Source: the human T2T-CHM13v2.0 reference genome, Homo sapiens
DNA length: 64,000 nucleotides
Assembly (NCBI RefSeq): GCF_009914755.1
Contig: NC_060942.1
Reading direction: 5' to 3' (one strand)
How positions within the stretch are numbered: the stretch's first letter is position 1; the number at the start of each line of letters is the position of its first letter. A program made the position numbers and the translations under genes. Below are positions 1 through 13,015 of this stretch, one piece after another. The notes beneath the pieces are model-generated. The model worked only from the letters and a program-made list of their open reading frames with translations. It had not been told where the DNA came from and ran no database searches.

Positions 1-99
1 ATGTGCTCCCTCAGCATAGAAAACCTCTTTCTTACCCTTGCACTGTCTGCCTTAGTCAGTACATCCATTAAGTCTCAAATCAGGCATCATTCTTTCATT

Positions 100-1810
100 T
101 TATAATAACTTTTGACAATAGTGCCCATCCCTAAAAGACCAGGCATTATTCTGGGCACTGGGGTATAGAAGCGACAAAACAGATTGAAAAAAAAAAAATC
201 GTTGCCATCACAGAGTGGGGAAGGTGAAAGGACAGATAACAAAGAAATAGCAAGTTATCAAATAAGTTAGAAAGCTGTCAGTGCTATGGATAAACATTAA
301 AGCAGGGAAGAGGTACAATTTTAATAGAGTGGTTAATGAAGCCTTTGAGAAAGGACTTGGAGGGAATGGGAGAGTGAACCATGCAGATTTGTGACAGTAT
401 TCCAAGTAAAGGGAACAGGGAGTGCAAGGTACCAAGACCAGAGGATGGTTGACCCCTTCAAGGAAGAGCAAGAAGCAGAGCAGCTGTCAAAAACAGAAAA
501 TAACAAATGTTGGCAAAAATCTGGAGATTTGGAACCTTTGTGCACTGTTGGTGGAAATGTAAAATGGGAAGCTGTTGTGAAAAAAAGTTTGCTAACTCCT
601 CAAAAAGTTAAACATAAAATTACCAAATGACCCAGTAATTCCATTTCTAGGTATCTACCCAAAGGAACTGAAATCAGGGACTTAAACAGATACCTGTACA
701 CCAACATTCTTAGCACCATTATTCATAATAGCCAAAAGATGGAAATACTCAAGTGCCCATCAATAGATGAATGAATAAACAAAATGTGGTATAGCCATGC
801 AATGGAATACTGTTCAGTAGACCACCATAAGGACTTTGACTTAGACTTTAGGATGGGAGTCGTGGAGGTGAGGAAATGGGGTGTGACATGATCTGACCAT
901 CTTTTAATAGACTTCTATGTTATGAATAGATCAACGAGGGGCAAGGATAGAAGCAGAGACATCAATGGAGAAGAGGCTATAGAAAGATTCTGAGCAAGAA
1001 ATGACAATGGGTTGGTAATGGTAGTGCAGGTGATAAGAAGAAGTCACGTTCCAGATGTACTTTTTCAGGTAAAGTGTAAATACCAATGAATTGGATGTAA
1101 ATTATGAAAGAATGAGAAGAATTAAAGGTGATTCAAAAGTTATTTGACCTAAGCTCCAGAAAGGATAATGTTACCATTAACTAAATAAATAGTAAGATGG
1201 CAGGGAAAGCAGGTTTGAGGATAAGAAGATCAATGCCTCAGTATGGAACATGGATTTAAGTGCTTATTAAACATCCAAGTACAGATGTCTAGTAGGTAGT
1301 TGACTATATGAATCTTGAATTTGGGAGGGCAGTTCAGATTAAAGTTTTTAGAGTCATCAGCATGTAGTTGAGACTAGTTGAGACCACTCAAGAATAATAG
1401 AAAAGGAGTATCCCAAGGACTGAGCTGTGGGGGACCAACATCAAGTGGTCAAGTTGATGAGGAGACTGAGAAGCAGCAGTCAGTGAAGCAGGAGGAAAAA
1501 TAGGAGTATGGGATATCTCGGAAGCCAAGTGAAGAAAGTGTTTTTAGGAGAAAGAGTGATTGACTGTGTCCAATGCTATTGATAGTTCAAATAAATAAGG
1601 ACCAAGAACTGGCAATTAGATCTAGAAACATGATGACTTGATAAGAACAGTCAGTGGAGAGGACAGGGCAAGAGCCTAAACGGGCAAGTTCAAGTGAGAA
1701 TGGGAGGAGAGAAATTGGAAACAGCATATGTAGAGAAGCCTTCTGAAGGGTTTTGCTAAAAAGAGAAAGAGAGAGGTGGGGCAGTTGATGGAGGGGAAAG
1801 TGGAAGGAGT
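100..1810 (-). mobile_element. LINE-2 (L2a-like) fragment, split by an L1 piece
   Basis: Antisense L2 3' motifs (ccaggcattattctgggcactgggg..., gtgtgacatgatctgac, ggaagccaagtgaagaaagtgtt); resumes at ~820 after the L1 insert. Confidence 0.75.
486..818 (+). mobile_element. Old L1M fragment (ORF2 3' end) inside the L2
   Basis: aaaacagaaaataacaaatgttggc...aaaatgtggtatagccatgcaatggaatact; ORF 391-630 contains KTENNKCW...LCTVGGNVKW, typical of the L1 ORF2 C-terminus. Confidence 0.85.
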
Positions 1811-1899
1811 CGGGGTCTCAGAAGCTCCTCTGTTTCTCTGGCTGGTTAGGTGCCCCTCCTCTGGGTTTACACCCTGACCTTTGTGTATATGCCTTCCCA

Positions 1900-2012
1900 A
1901 GCAGGCTGCAAGCTCCTGGGAGGCAGGAAGTGTGTATCTTAGTCATCTCTGAGTCCCCAAGGTCTAGCAATGTGTCTGATATACAGCAGCTCTCAGAAAA
2001 TATTTGCTTAAC
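1900..2012 (+). mobile_element. L2 3' end
   Basis: ctgcaagctcctgggaggcagg...tctagcaatgtgtctgatatacagcagctctcagaaaatatttgc. Confidence 0.65.
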
Positions 2013-2602
2013 TGAACTAAGTACAGATTTGATCACAGGCAGATTGATTTGCAAAGGAGTAAAAATTGGTGAAGAAATTAAAAAAAAGAACATCCAGCAA
2101 ATCATCTGAATGGGATATGAATCATGAATCAGGTCCTGGCCCTGGGATATGCTTTACATCTTGGAGGGAAGATATTGTGCCTTTAACAAACAAGATGGAG
2201 CTCTCAAATGCATTTTCCTTAATTTGACACTCATCTCTGCCATGGTCAAGTGTAGATTAGTGTAGCCTATGAAACCAGTGCCACTAGAAGAAATGTACCC
2301 TATGTTAGCAGGACTCAGCTATGAGGTCAATACCTGATGACATTAAAGGCTTGATTCATTGGCCAAAGTAAAGTCAATTGTTTTGAACTTGAATTCAAGT
2401 GACTAACAGCAGCTTGCTAGTCCTGCTTATTTCTCAATTTTCAGTGACTTTTATGAAGATTTTTAGACAGTAGACATCCAGATGGAGATGGATTTGTGCT
2501 TCCTTTTCTACCCTACAGTGAGAAGCAAAAAGGCCGCCATATCCTCCATAGAAGGCCAAGAATGTAATAACTCTTACTCTCCCCTTGGCTGAGTGACAGC
2601 TT

Positions 2603-2820
2603 GACAGCTAACATTTAACTCTGTGCCAAGCACTATATTAAAGCATTTTACATGTATTAACTCATGTAATCCTCTCAACACCTTCATGGAATTGATTCTA
2701 TTACTGGTCCTGTTCTCTGGTTGAGAAAATTAAAGCACACAGAAATTAGATTAATTTATCCCAGGATACGTGGCTTATGAGTGGCCATCTAGTTCCAGCG
2801 TCTGTGCTCTGAACTATACC
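2603..2820 (-). mobile_element. MIR SINE
   Basis: agctaacattta...tgccaagcact...attaactcatgtaatcctctcaac, the antisense MIR 3' end and core. Confidence 0.75.
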
Positions 2821-3641
2821 TGATATGGCCTCTTTCTCCTCTAAAAGGGTCTAGACTCATAAGAAAAGGCATCAAAACTTGCTTTTACTTCCAGGTGAAT
2901 TGGGTTCTCTATGGAAGGGCTCATTTAACTGGAGGAAAAGAACCAGCTCTTGATTCCACATTTAGCACTAGAAAATTATTCTTTAGAAGACTAAACATCC
3001 ATCATATGTGTATGTCCTTAGATGAGTCATTAGCCTTTCTAAGTCTTACTTACCAACCCAGGAAATGAGAATCATCTTACCTGCCCTATGTAAGAGTGGT
3101 TGTCAGCAGGCTTAGACTGACAGCCAGTGGGGAAGAGTGTGGCTTAAGAAAGAGGAGATCCAAGACCCGGGTCTGGCTTTGCCTATGACTGCCAATATGC
3201 CCAGGAAACATTCTTGAACTTTGTCAGTTCTCCTGTCCTCAGCTTCAAAATGATGACATTTGGCCTCCAATAGTCCTCTCCATACTAACACCCTCCATTT
3301 TGTGTGAAATGAAGAAAAACAAGGCATTGTTCGGCTTGTTGGTTTCCTCCTCCTTTATGTTGTGTGTTGACATTGCCATTGGCCATAGCACCCTAGATTG
3401 TCCAGCCCATCACTTGGTGCAGCTTGAGGTCTCATTATGCCTGGCTAAGAGGAAAGGCACCGTACCCATGTGTGTGCCCTTGGAGGCACTCTAAACAACT
3501 AGCACACACAGGGGCCCCAAATCATTTTTGGTGAAATGGACTTATTGCAGTCTCTTCCAATTTACAGATTTTGTAAATCTAGGAGAAGACTGGCATTTTT
3601 GGAAGACCCGAGGAAGGGGGCATAAAGAAATCTTTTAGTAA

Positions 3642-4147
<506 letters not shown>

Positions 4148-4561
4148 GTGCTGCCCCTTTCTTGATTTCACCAAAACTGTAACCAAGTGCTTGACTTTGG
4201 GACCAATGGAGTTCTGGGATGCTCTCACCAGTCTTCCCAGGAGGCTCTGCCTCTCCCACTGTCTACCTGTGCCGCAATCCTAAAACAGCAACACGATGCC
4301 TCAGCTTTTACTCCTTGACATGTGCCACAGACATAGGCGGTGATGCCTCATTTCCTGCCTCTCCGAGAAGATGCTGCTCCACCAGGCTGTGGGCCCAGAT
4401 GAGCACCAACACTCACTTGGTTAAACCTATGGAGATGAAAATCTTCCTAAAGCAGATTAAGCTTCCTTGCCTTTTTTACGGAGTAGTATGAATATGAGTT
4501 AGGCTTTTTATTTAGTGGCACCTGGAAATAGACTCAGAGAATGTAGAAGGCCCAGCATAGA

Positions 4562-4943
4562 TGTCTTAGTCCATTTGTGCTGCTGTAACAAAAGATCTGA
4601 GACTGGGTAACTTATCACGAGCAAGATTTATTTTCTCACAGTCCTTGAGGCCAGAAAGTCTAAGATTAAGGTGCCAGCAGGTTTAATGTCTGGTGAGGGC
4701 CTGCTCCATCAATGGGCCTCATCTCACAGTGCCATCTTCACCTAGTAGAAGGCAGAAGGGTCAAAAGAAGATGAATCCTGTGTCCTCACATGGTAGAAGG
4801 GTGGAACTTGTCCCTTCAAACCCTTTTATAAGGGACAAATCCATTCATAAGAGCAGAGCCTTCATGGCCTAATCACCTCCTAAAGGCCCCACCCCTTAAT
4901 ATTACCACAATAGGGATTAGGTTTCAACATGAATTTTGGAGGG
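4562..4943 (-). mobile_element. MaLR solo LTR (MST/MLT1A-like)
   Basis: tgtcttagtccatttgtgctgctgtaacaa...tttcaacatgaattttggaggggacacattcaaaccata. Confidence 0.85.
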
Positions 4944-6707
4944 GACACATTCAAACCATATTAATCGGCTTTCCACGTAGATGCTCAAGTTTTGCAGAAC
5001 CCTAGAGCTAGAAGACCTTAGATTTCACCCAACACAGTGTTTCATTTCCTCATTGCTGGCACCTGGGTAACAAGTGTTCTTTGAATGAAAGAATGCGTAA
5101 ATGAATTAGTACTGAGCTGTAACACACTAATTCCTTTAAAAGCTAAGAAAGTGGTTAAGGCTATTTGCTCCTCTCTCCAACCACAGATGACCATGACTCC
5201 TTCAGCAGATGTCTGCTTTCTGTGAGTGTCCTGTCTCTTCCTTCTCTGAGGTTTCACCTGCCATGATTTACTACTCTCTGTGCCTGCCTATGGAAGCAAC
5301 TTCTCTTTTCATTTCACCAATTCCAATATGTTGATTAACCAGAAACCAGATAATCAATCTTCCTTAGGTGGTACAAAAAGTAAAGGTACCCGGACTCTGA
5401 GACAGCACCAAAGAGTCTCTCCCATTGGCAAAGGGCTTGAATTTCAGTGTATCAAGAGGTGAAACCTATTTTGACTGGGACTTACCATTCATTCATTTAT
5501 TCAATACTTATTTGGTTCCAAGCATTTGGACCACTAGATAGCTAGATTTCAAAAAAGTGAAATGGGGGCTAGCCTAGCCCATAAAACCAGTTCTGACATG
5601 CTTGACCTGAGGTGAATAGGTTTTCAGTGGCCTTTCCAATATAGGTCCTTTATTCTACTGTCTGCTCTAAAATGTAGATGAATTTTTTAGCTCAAAGATT
5701 GTATGGTTTTATTAAAGTCTTTAGGCCTCAGATTTTTTTATGCTAATTGGTTCCAAAGAGTAAATTGAACCCACTTTTGAATTTTACTCATCTGGCACAT
5801 CAAGGCAGGACTGAGGCTTAATTAACATTTCTCAGTATTGATACTTAAGGTACACCATATTGCTTTGGCCAACAATGGGTATTCTCCAAAAAAAGAATTG
5901 CTAATAAGGCCTTGGTTCAAGGATTTTATTCCTAGGGCTTTTCACCATAAGTACCTGATGGTATGAGGCAATACATTCTGTTGAGTACATCCCTATGTAA
6001 TTGAGAAAGCCAGTCTCATGACTTTTGAGCCAGCCGTCCTCGACTCCTGTGCCTGCTGGCTGCTGTGACTGCAATAGAGTCACATCCTGATGTCTAAATA
6101 TATAAATGTGCAAAGACAGTTAACTAGGACTTATTTGTGCCTTGGGAATTAAAAAAAAAGTAATTAACTGGTATTTTTAACGCATTTTCTCTTTACAGGA
6201 TGATCTAGTTAAATGGTTCAGTTATAAGATCAGGGAATTTGGTACCTTTTGAAATAGCCCATCTTAAGTGGTTTCAAAGTTATCTTAATGGGCTGATAGC
6301 TTGCGCTTTGTCTCCCGGAGAAGCTAAAGGAGAGGGCACAGTTGATCTGATGAGCAGGTTGAAAAAGATGCAAGGACACAGAACAAAGAGGTCACAGTCA
6401 GCACCCACCGTGGTCAAGCCAGGAGTAAGCAGTTCACTCCCTGGGCTCAAGAATGTATTTAAAATATTATCTCAGATTTAGAAAAAAAATTTCTATCACC
6501 AATGCAATTAAAATACCCAATTTATAATCTGTAAGGAATAAAAATATCTCTAACTTCTTTAGACATCAAGCTACAAATTCTACATTTGGATCTATTGGTC
6601 AGTCCACACTGTTAGCTTAGGGGTCAGGAGAGTTCTGGGTAAGGTGCACTGTCCACTAGCATCTACAATGTGTAAAATGTGTATAATAGCATGGGAAGAA
6701 AGATAAA

Positions 6708-7214
6708 GTGTCGCCAGCCTCCAAGATGGCCCCCAGTGATCCCGCCTCCTCATCTTCGTACCCTGTGTAGTCCCCTCCTATATTATATCAGATTTGTTCT
6801 ACATGACCAACAGAATATGGCAGAAGTGATGGTATGGTATTTTTGAGGTTGGGTTATACAAACACTACAGTCTCTGTCTCTCTCCCCTCTCCCTCTCTGT
6901 TTCTCAGATCATTTGCTCTGGAGAAAGCCAGCAGGCATGAGAGGCCCATGTGGTGAGGAACTGAAACCTCCTGCCCACAGCCACATGTGTGAACTTAGAA
7001 ATTAGAAGATCTTCTAGCCCAGTCAATGGCTGTACAATGGCTACAACCCTGGCTAATACCTTGACTTCAACCTCACGAAACACTGAGCTAGAACCACCCA
7101 ACTAAGCTGTTCCTAGATTCCTCACCATCAGGAACTGTGTGCTGTAAAAATGCTTGTTATTATAAGCCACTAAATTTTGAAGTGTTGTGTGACACAACAA
7201 TCTGTAAATAATTC
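6708..7214 (+). mobile_element. MaLR LTR (MLT1F-like)
   Basis: gccagcctccaagatggcccccagtgatccc...ggcccatgtggtgaggaactga...aagccactaaattttg. Confidence 0.8.
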
Positions 7215-8746
7215 AGAATAGTAAAATATGAATGGGAACACAAATGTACAGACATGGTATAAGGAATAATTGGATGGTCACAGTGGGTCATTTCTGCCCT
7301 CTCATATCTCAGAGCAATTACACCCTTTAACCTCTACTTCTCCCCTCTTCCTGAAAATTCTGCTCAGGGCTTAGGCTTCTAGGAAGCTTATCAAAGCTAG
7401 CCTCTTTGCTTTTCATTGGTGTTATTTGTGGGTGTTTATCCCATTAAGGCTGTGGGGGCCCAGCCCATATGGCAGCTTTAAACCTGATGCCTTTTTAGGC
7501 CCTCAGCTGTCTGAACAGGAAAGACCCTGGGGCCCAGAAGATCTCTCACTTCTTAGCACAGTGAGGCTGCTGGGCCTTTGACATTGTGTGCACATCTCTG
7601 AAGAATTAGAGTTGGGGCAAGAAGGAACAGAAACCCTGCAAGGAAGATCCCCACCCACTGCTGTCTTTTGCTGCTATTTCAGATTAAGTAAAGCAAACCC
7701 TATAGATGGGAGAGGCGCTCTTCTGAAGATGACATTTTCCTTAACTAGATACAAGGAGACAAGTGACTTGAGACAGGAAAGCAGGCTAGCCAAATAAATG
7801 AGAGTATCAGCCAGAGTTCTTCATGCAGGAAACAAATCATTTAATTTGTGTTAAGCAGAAAATGATTTAATATGAGAAACCGGTGCTTAGAAAATTAGTG
7901 AAAGGGCTGGAAGAGCTTCCTTTAGGCTGGATCTCTGGGAATGATATCCTGAGCATGCACTATGCCCAACTGACCAACCATGAAAGGTGGAAATCAGGAG
8001 GCCCCAGTGGACCTAGTGATGTAATCTGCAATCTGGGGAGGTCATTGCTGCTTTTGCAGCAGCTCCCTTCAATATCCTCAGAGCTTAGTGTTTGCACCTG
8101 CAGCTCTGCTTAGCAGCCTAAGGTGTCCATGCCATTAGCCAAACTCTCAGGAAAATTGCCCTGGCATTAGTCCCAGCTTCCAAATCTCACACAAGTATAT
8201 TTAATGGACAGAATTCCATTCTCAACCAGAACTCTAGAGGCCAGGGAGTCAGTAACTTTTAGATTTCCAGACTCTGAAATTCAGAAAGGCACATTACAAA
8301 GAGGTTGGATTAATACTTAATACAGATTAACCATTTCTAAGGCAGAGGGCAAGCTCCTAACACCATGGCTGAGCTTCTTTCTCTTCTAGATGTAAAATTA
8401 GAGGAATCTAGATGTGCTCAAAGGAGCTTCCAGATGACAGAGGTTAAAGATAACTTCTGTACCATTGAGGTGGCTGAGGGGACAGCAAATGATCCTCTTT
8501 AGGGGATCCCAATTGAAGATGAATGAGCCAAGTCTTATTTGCATGATCTCATTCCTGTTTCCTTCTTTACCTGTTGCTATCCCCACACCTTTGATAAAAT
8601 CTCATCTAAATATTTCAGCTGAACTCAGCTGGAATTAAGAGGAGATTTTTATGGCCAAATTAGGGGCAAAGCATAAAAAGGGAAACATGATGGTGACAGC
8701 AGTAATTATAGTGAAAGATTCCCAAGAGGAAGTAAACCTTGGGGAA

Positions 8747-9104
8747 TGTCTTAGTCTTCTCAGGCTGCAATAACAAAAATACTTTAAAAAGGATGGTTGA
8801 CTTATAAACAACAGAAATTTATTTCCCACAATTCCGGTGGCTGGGAAGTCCAAGGCCAAGGTGCCAGCAAATGTGGTGTTGATTTCCTGATTCATTGATG
8901 GTAGTCTTTTTGCTGTGTTCTTACATGGCAGAAGAGGTGAATGAGCTTCCTGGGGCCTCTTTTATAGGGCATGAATCTCATTCATGGGCTCCACCATCAT
9001 GACCTAACGGCCTCCCAAAGACCCCACCTCCTAACACTATCCCTTTGGGGGTTAGGATTTCAACATATGAATTTTGAGGAGGCATAAACATTCAGACCAC
9101 AGCA
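8747..9104 (-). mobile_element. MLT1A-type solo LTR
   Basis: tgtcttagtc...cttataaacaacagaaatttatttc...ttcagaccacagca; flanks gggaa/tggaa (4/5 TSD). Confidence 0.85.
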
Positions 9105-10964
9105 TGGAATAAGCCTCAGCCACCCTCTCTGCATAGACATCCTTTCCCTGTGCTCATCTCACAGGATACAGGCTTATTGTTGTGAAGGGAGCTAGTAGTA
9201 TTCCTGCGAGCCAGACACCACAGCTCAGACTCCTTCCCCCAGCCCCATTCAGATGTAGGAAATTAACCAAGTGTCTTAACATCTTAGGCCTTCACCGCCT
9301 CATCTCCAAATGTCAGGGGGCTGAGCCAGAGGAGCTCTCCAGTTTCCTTCCAGCCCTAAAATCCATGAGTCCAGGCTCATGTTTATACCAGAGGAATAAC
9401 AAGTGAGAAGGAGGAATGGGGCTGATATCTCTACCACCTGCCACAATGCCACTAGACAGTGGAAGAGAGATCCCTTGAGAATTTGAGTGAGTGTGGGTAG
9501 TTGTCAGAATAGGGCAGATTACCATCAAGGTCAATTGCAAGAGCAAGAATCTCATCTGAGATCAGAATGGCTAGCAACAGGAGGTGGTGGCTTCTGGAGA
9601 GTCCTTGCTCTGAAGATGGTCTTAGGTGTCCATTCTGGGCCCATTCATTGGCACCTTCCTCTCCCAAATTAATGTTTTCTTATAGACCTGGGCTCTTTTA
9701 GGGCAAGAGCCCCATCTAAACCTGTCAGCCGTCAGCATCTGAGTCTGAAGCTTTCGCCAGCAGGCATGGGAGGTGAGCTCTTCTCTGTAAGAACACTTTG
9801 GAAGTCACCAGGGGTTATACAGATGGAAGGGATTATCACTGAAATATAATTTCAACAAAGGTGGTACAATGCTCTGTTCCACTATGATGAAATGTGTCAT
9901 TAAATATAGAAATAGATCAAGCACCTTCCCACTGAGATCCTCTGGCACCAAGTATCTAGGTGAGAAGCTGAGTAGCTGTGAGAGCTCACCAAATGTGAAA
10001 GAGGTGGGAGGAAAAATTCCTCACTAGGGAGATATACTTAACTAGACTTATAAATAGCCCGATCGCAGCTCGTTTGATTAATTTGGGGAAAAGGAGTAAA
10101 AGTGTTTTGACAATTCATCAGATTTCATGCTTTCAAAGCAGTTGCTAATGTAAATATTAGCATCCAAAATGAACAAATTGTCTTTGGTAATTAAATGCCC
10201 TAATTTACAGGTTCCATTAGCAGAGAACAGAGATAATTTCCCCCCTTAAATTAACTTTTCTCTCCTTCTCCCTTCCCTGTCTCAACTTGATAAGACAAAT
10301 GGATGTGTAGGGGCTCCAGAGGGGGCTGGAGGAAGTTTACTCTCTCTTGGTCTGAGTGCAGAGGACTGAGTCAGTCCCTGAAGGCAGAGCTCAGAAAGAG
10401 TGGAGTGAGTACCTGCTCCCAGAAAGCTTAACTCCCAGTGGCTGTGGCACACTGAGAAATGACCATCCCAGGGGCCAGGAGTGGCCTGCTGTTAGGGTCA
10501 GGAGTTCTCCTAGTAACTGTGCGAGATCTGCCTTCTGTTGTCTCTCTCTAGATCAGGATGTACCCCTTGGAAACCTATACTGGAGAGAGGTGGCCAATGA
10601 CCTGGAACCCAAGCCTGGCCCCCAATTTCTAAGTCATCATATTTGTTCTTTCAAATACCTCTACCTTTCAGGATCTCTCTTATTCCACAGAACTCCTCTA
10701 AGGAGCCTAAGACTGTGCCCTATTACTCAAAACCCTTGGTTGACTACACTCCATGAAGTGCTGGCTGATGGCTACTACACATAAGTCCTGGAATGTTTGC
10801 ATTCTCATAGGGGGCTACAGACTCTTAAACCAGCATCAGCCAAACAAGTTGAGCTGAAGTTAAGTGGCCAGTGACTCACCACAGTGCTGAGGGAGGAGTT
10901 TGGACAGGAAGGCCTAGCTTCATCCCTCAATTCATACTCAATTTCCTATTATCCTGTTTTATTT

Positions 10965-11075
10965 AGGGTGACTAGGTGAGGTGAGTGAGGCTCCTAGGGA
11001 GCAAAATTGAAGAAAGTGTAGAGCTGGCATTTGCATGCCTCTGACAGTGAGTTCCTTCTCAAATCTGCACCCTAG
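10965..11075. mobile_element. hAT MITE remnant (MER96-like)
   Basis: actaggtgaggtgagtgaggc...gcaaaattgaag...agtgagttccttctcaaatctgcaccctagg. Confidence 0.5.
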
Positions 11076-11331
11076 GAAGGTGGCAGAGATATCAGCCCCA
11101 TTCCCTCTCCTCACTAGTTATTCCTCTGCCATAAACATGAGCCTGAACTCATGGCTCTTAGGCCTGCAAGGAACTTGGAGAGCTCCTCTGACTCAGCCCC
11201 CAGTGTTCAGAGGTGAGGCAGCAAGGACCCAAGGTGTTAAGGCTGGACCTAGACCTGGATGGGGTGCCATGGAGGAAGATGGGGGACTTAGGAATGGGAT
11301 TGGTGGCTGGGCTCTTTGCTCTTTGATCACA

Positions 11332-11332
<1 letters not shown>

Positions 11333-11395
<63 letters not shown>
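11333..11395. repeat. Compound (CA)n(GA)n microsatellite
   Basis: About 25 CA units followed by about 6 GA units, read directly. Confidence 0.98.
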
Positions 11396-11587
11396 CCCTG
11401 AGAAGACCTATAGTGAGGCAAGACTCCTCACTATTCTTCTAGGTCTCCAGCACATGGACAAAGGGAGGAAAGCACAGAGGATGGCTTTGAGAGAAGATTG
11501 GTTAAAGAAAGCGATAAGGAGAAGTGGGAAAGGGTCACCAGAACCTGTGGCCTGGCCCCATGGGATCTCTGTGAAATGTCCTCCTTC

Positions 11588-12039
11588 ATAAAAAAAAAAT
11601 ATATATAATATATATATTTTATATATATATATTTTATATATATTATATATATTTTATATATATTAAATATATATATTATATATATTATATATATTATATA
11701 TATTTTATATATAATATATATTTTATATATAATATATATTTTATATATAATATATATTTTATATATAATATATATATTTTATATATAAAATATATTTTAT
11801 ATATAATATATATTTTATATATAATATATATTTTATATATAATATATATTTTATATATAATATATATTTATATATATTATATATATATTTTATATATAAT
11901 ATATATTTATATATATTATATATATATTTTATATATATTATCTATTATATATATTTTATATATATTATCTATTATATATTTTATATATATATTTTATATA
12001 TATTATATATATTTTATATATTTTTATATATATATATAT
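11588..12039. repeat. AT-only complex (TA)n minisatellite, ~450 bp
   Basis: Nearly all A/T, with recurring ~18-nt units ttttatatataatatata. Confidence 0.97.
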
Positions 12040-12790
12040 CAAGAACTCAATAGTTACTCACATACTAAGAGCCTACTATGTACCTAGACTGTTCTAAGTG
12101 TGGGGAAGGAGTGGGGAAGCAAACAAGCGTAAGGCATGTAGCTTGCCCTGGAGGCATTGACAAGCCTGTAGGGGAGAAAAAGATTTGACAAGTTAGCAAA
12201 TCATGTAAGTCAGGAACTTCCAGCAGGAACAGGAGTGACTGCTGGGGCAAGGGATCTATGGGGATACAAGAGCAGGTGTGTAAGTCAGAATAGGCTAGGT
12301 TATGCTGCAGTAACCAATGACTCCAAACTGTCTGTGGCTGACAACAGCAACAGTCTGTATCAGATTGATTTCCAGCTCACTGCACATGAACAAGCTATGC
12401 TCTGTTCCATCGTTTTCGTTTGAACCCAGGCTGATGGAGCAGTCTCTATCCAGGACATTTCTATTTGTCATGATAGAGAGAAAAGAGAAAACCAGTTGGT
12501 AAAGCTTCTCCTTGGACTGTAATACTTGTCATGTCCCCTCACAGTTCATCGAATGAGATTCACACTGAGTGTCATTCCACTCATGTTATGACCAAAGCAA
12601 GTCACATGCCCAAGCCAACCATTGATGGAACAGGGAGATATAATTATCCTCAGGAAAGAACAGAAAGTATCTGAGAATAATAATACAATCTCCTACAGCA
12701 GGGAAAGCTTCCTGGGGAAGAAACAATGTGACATGGGTCTTGCAAGATGAATACATTTGAAAGAAAACATCAGTCCAGAAAGGCAGCATA
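12040..12790 (-). mobile_element. L2 fragment interrupted by an MLT1J-like LTR (~12279-12700)
   Basis: L2: actaagagcctactatgtacctagactgttctaag; LTR: gtcagaataggctaggttatgctgcagtaac...ccaaagcaagtcacatgcccaagcc. Confidence 0.7.
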
Positions 12791-13015
12791 TTCTAATGAT
12801 TAGAAGTGCAGGTTCCAGAAGCAGACTGCCTGGATTAAGCTCTCTGTCCCTCAGTTTTCTCATCTGTTATATGAGAATATGAATAAAACATATTAGACAG
12901 CGTTGCTGTGAAGCTAAATGAATTAATACAAATAAATTTTGAGGGGATGGTGCCCGGAACATAGTAAATAAATACCTATAAAATATACTAGATGAATACC
13001 AGGTCTTATTATTAT
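12790..13015 (+). mobile_element. MIR SINE
   Basis: cagactgcctgg...ctctgtccctcagttttctcatctgt...gttgctgtgaagctaaatga. Confidence 0.75.
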
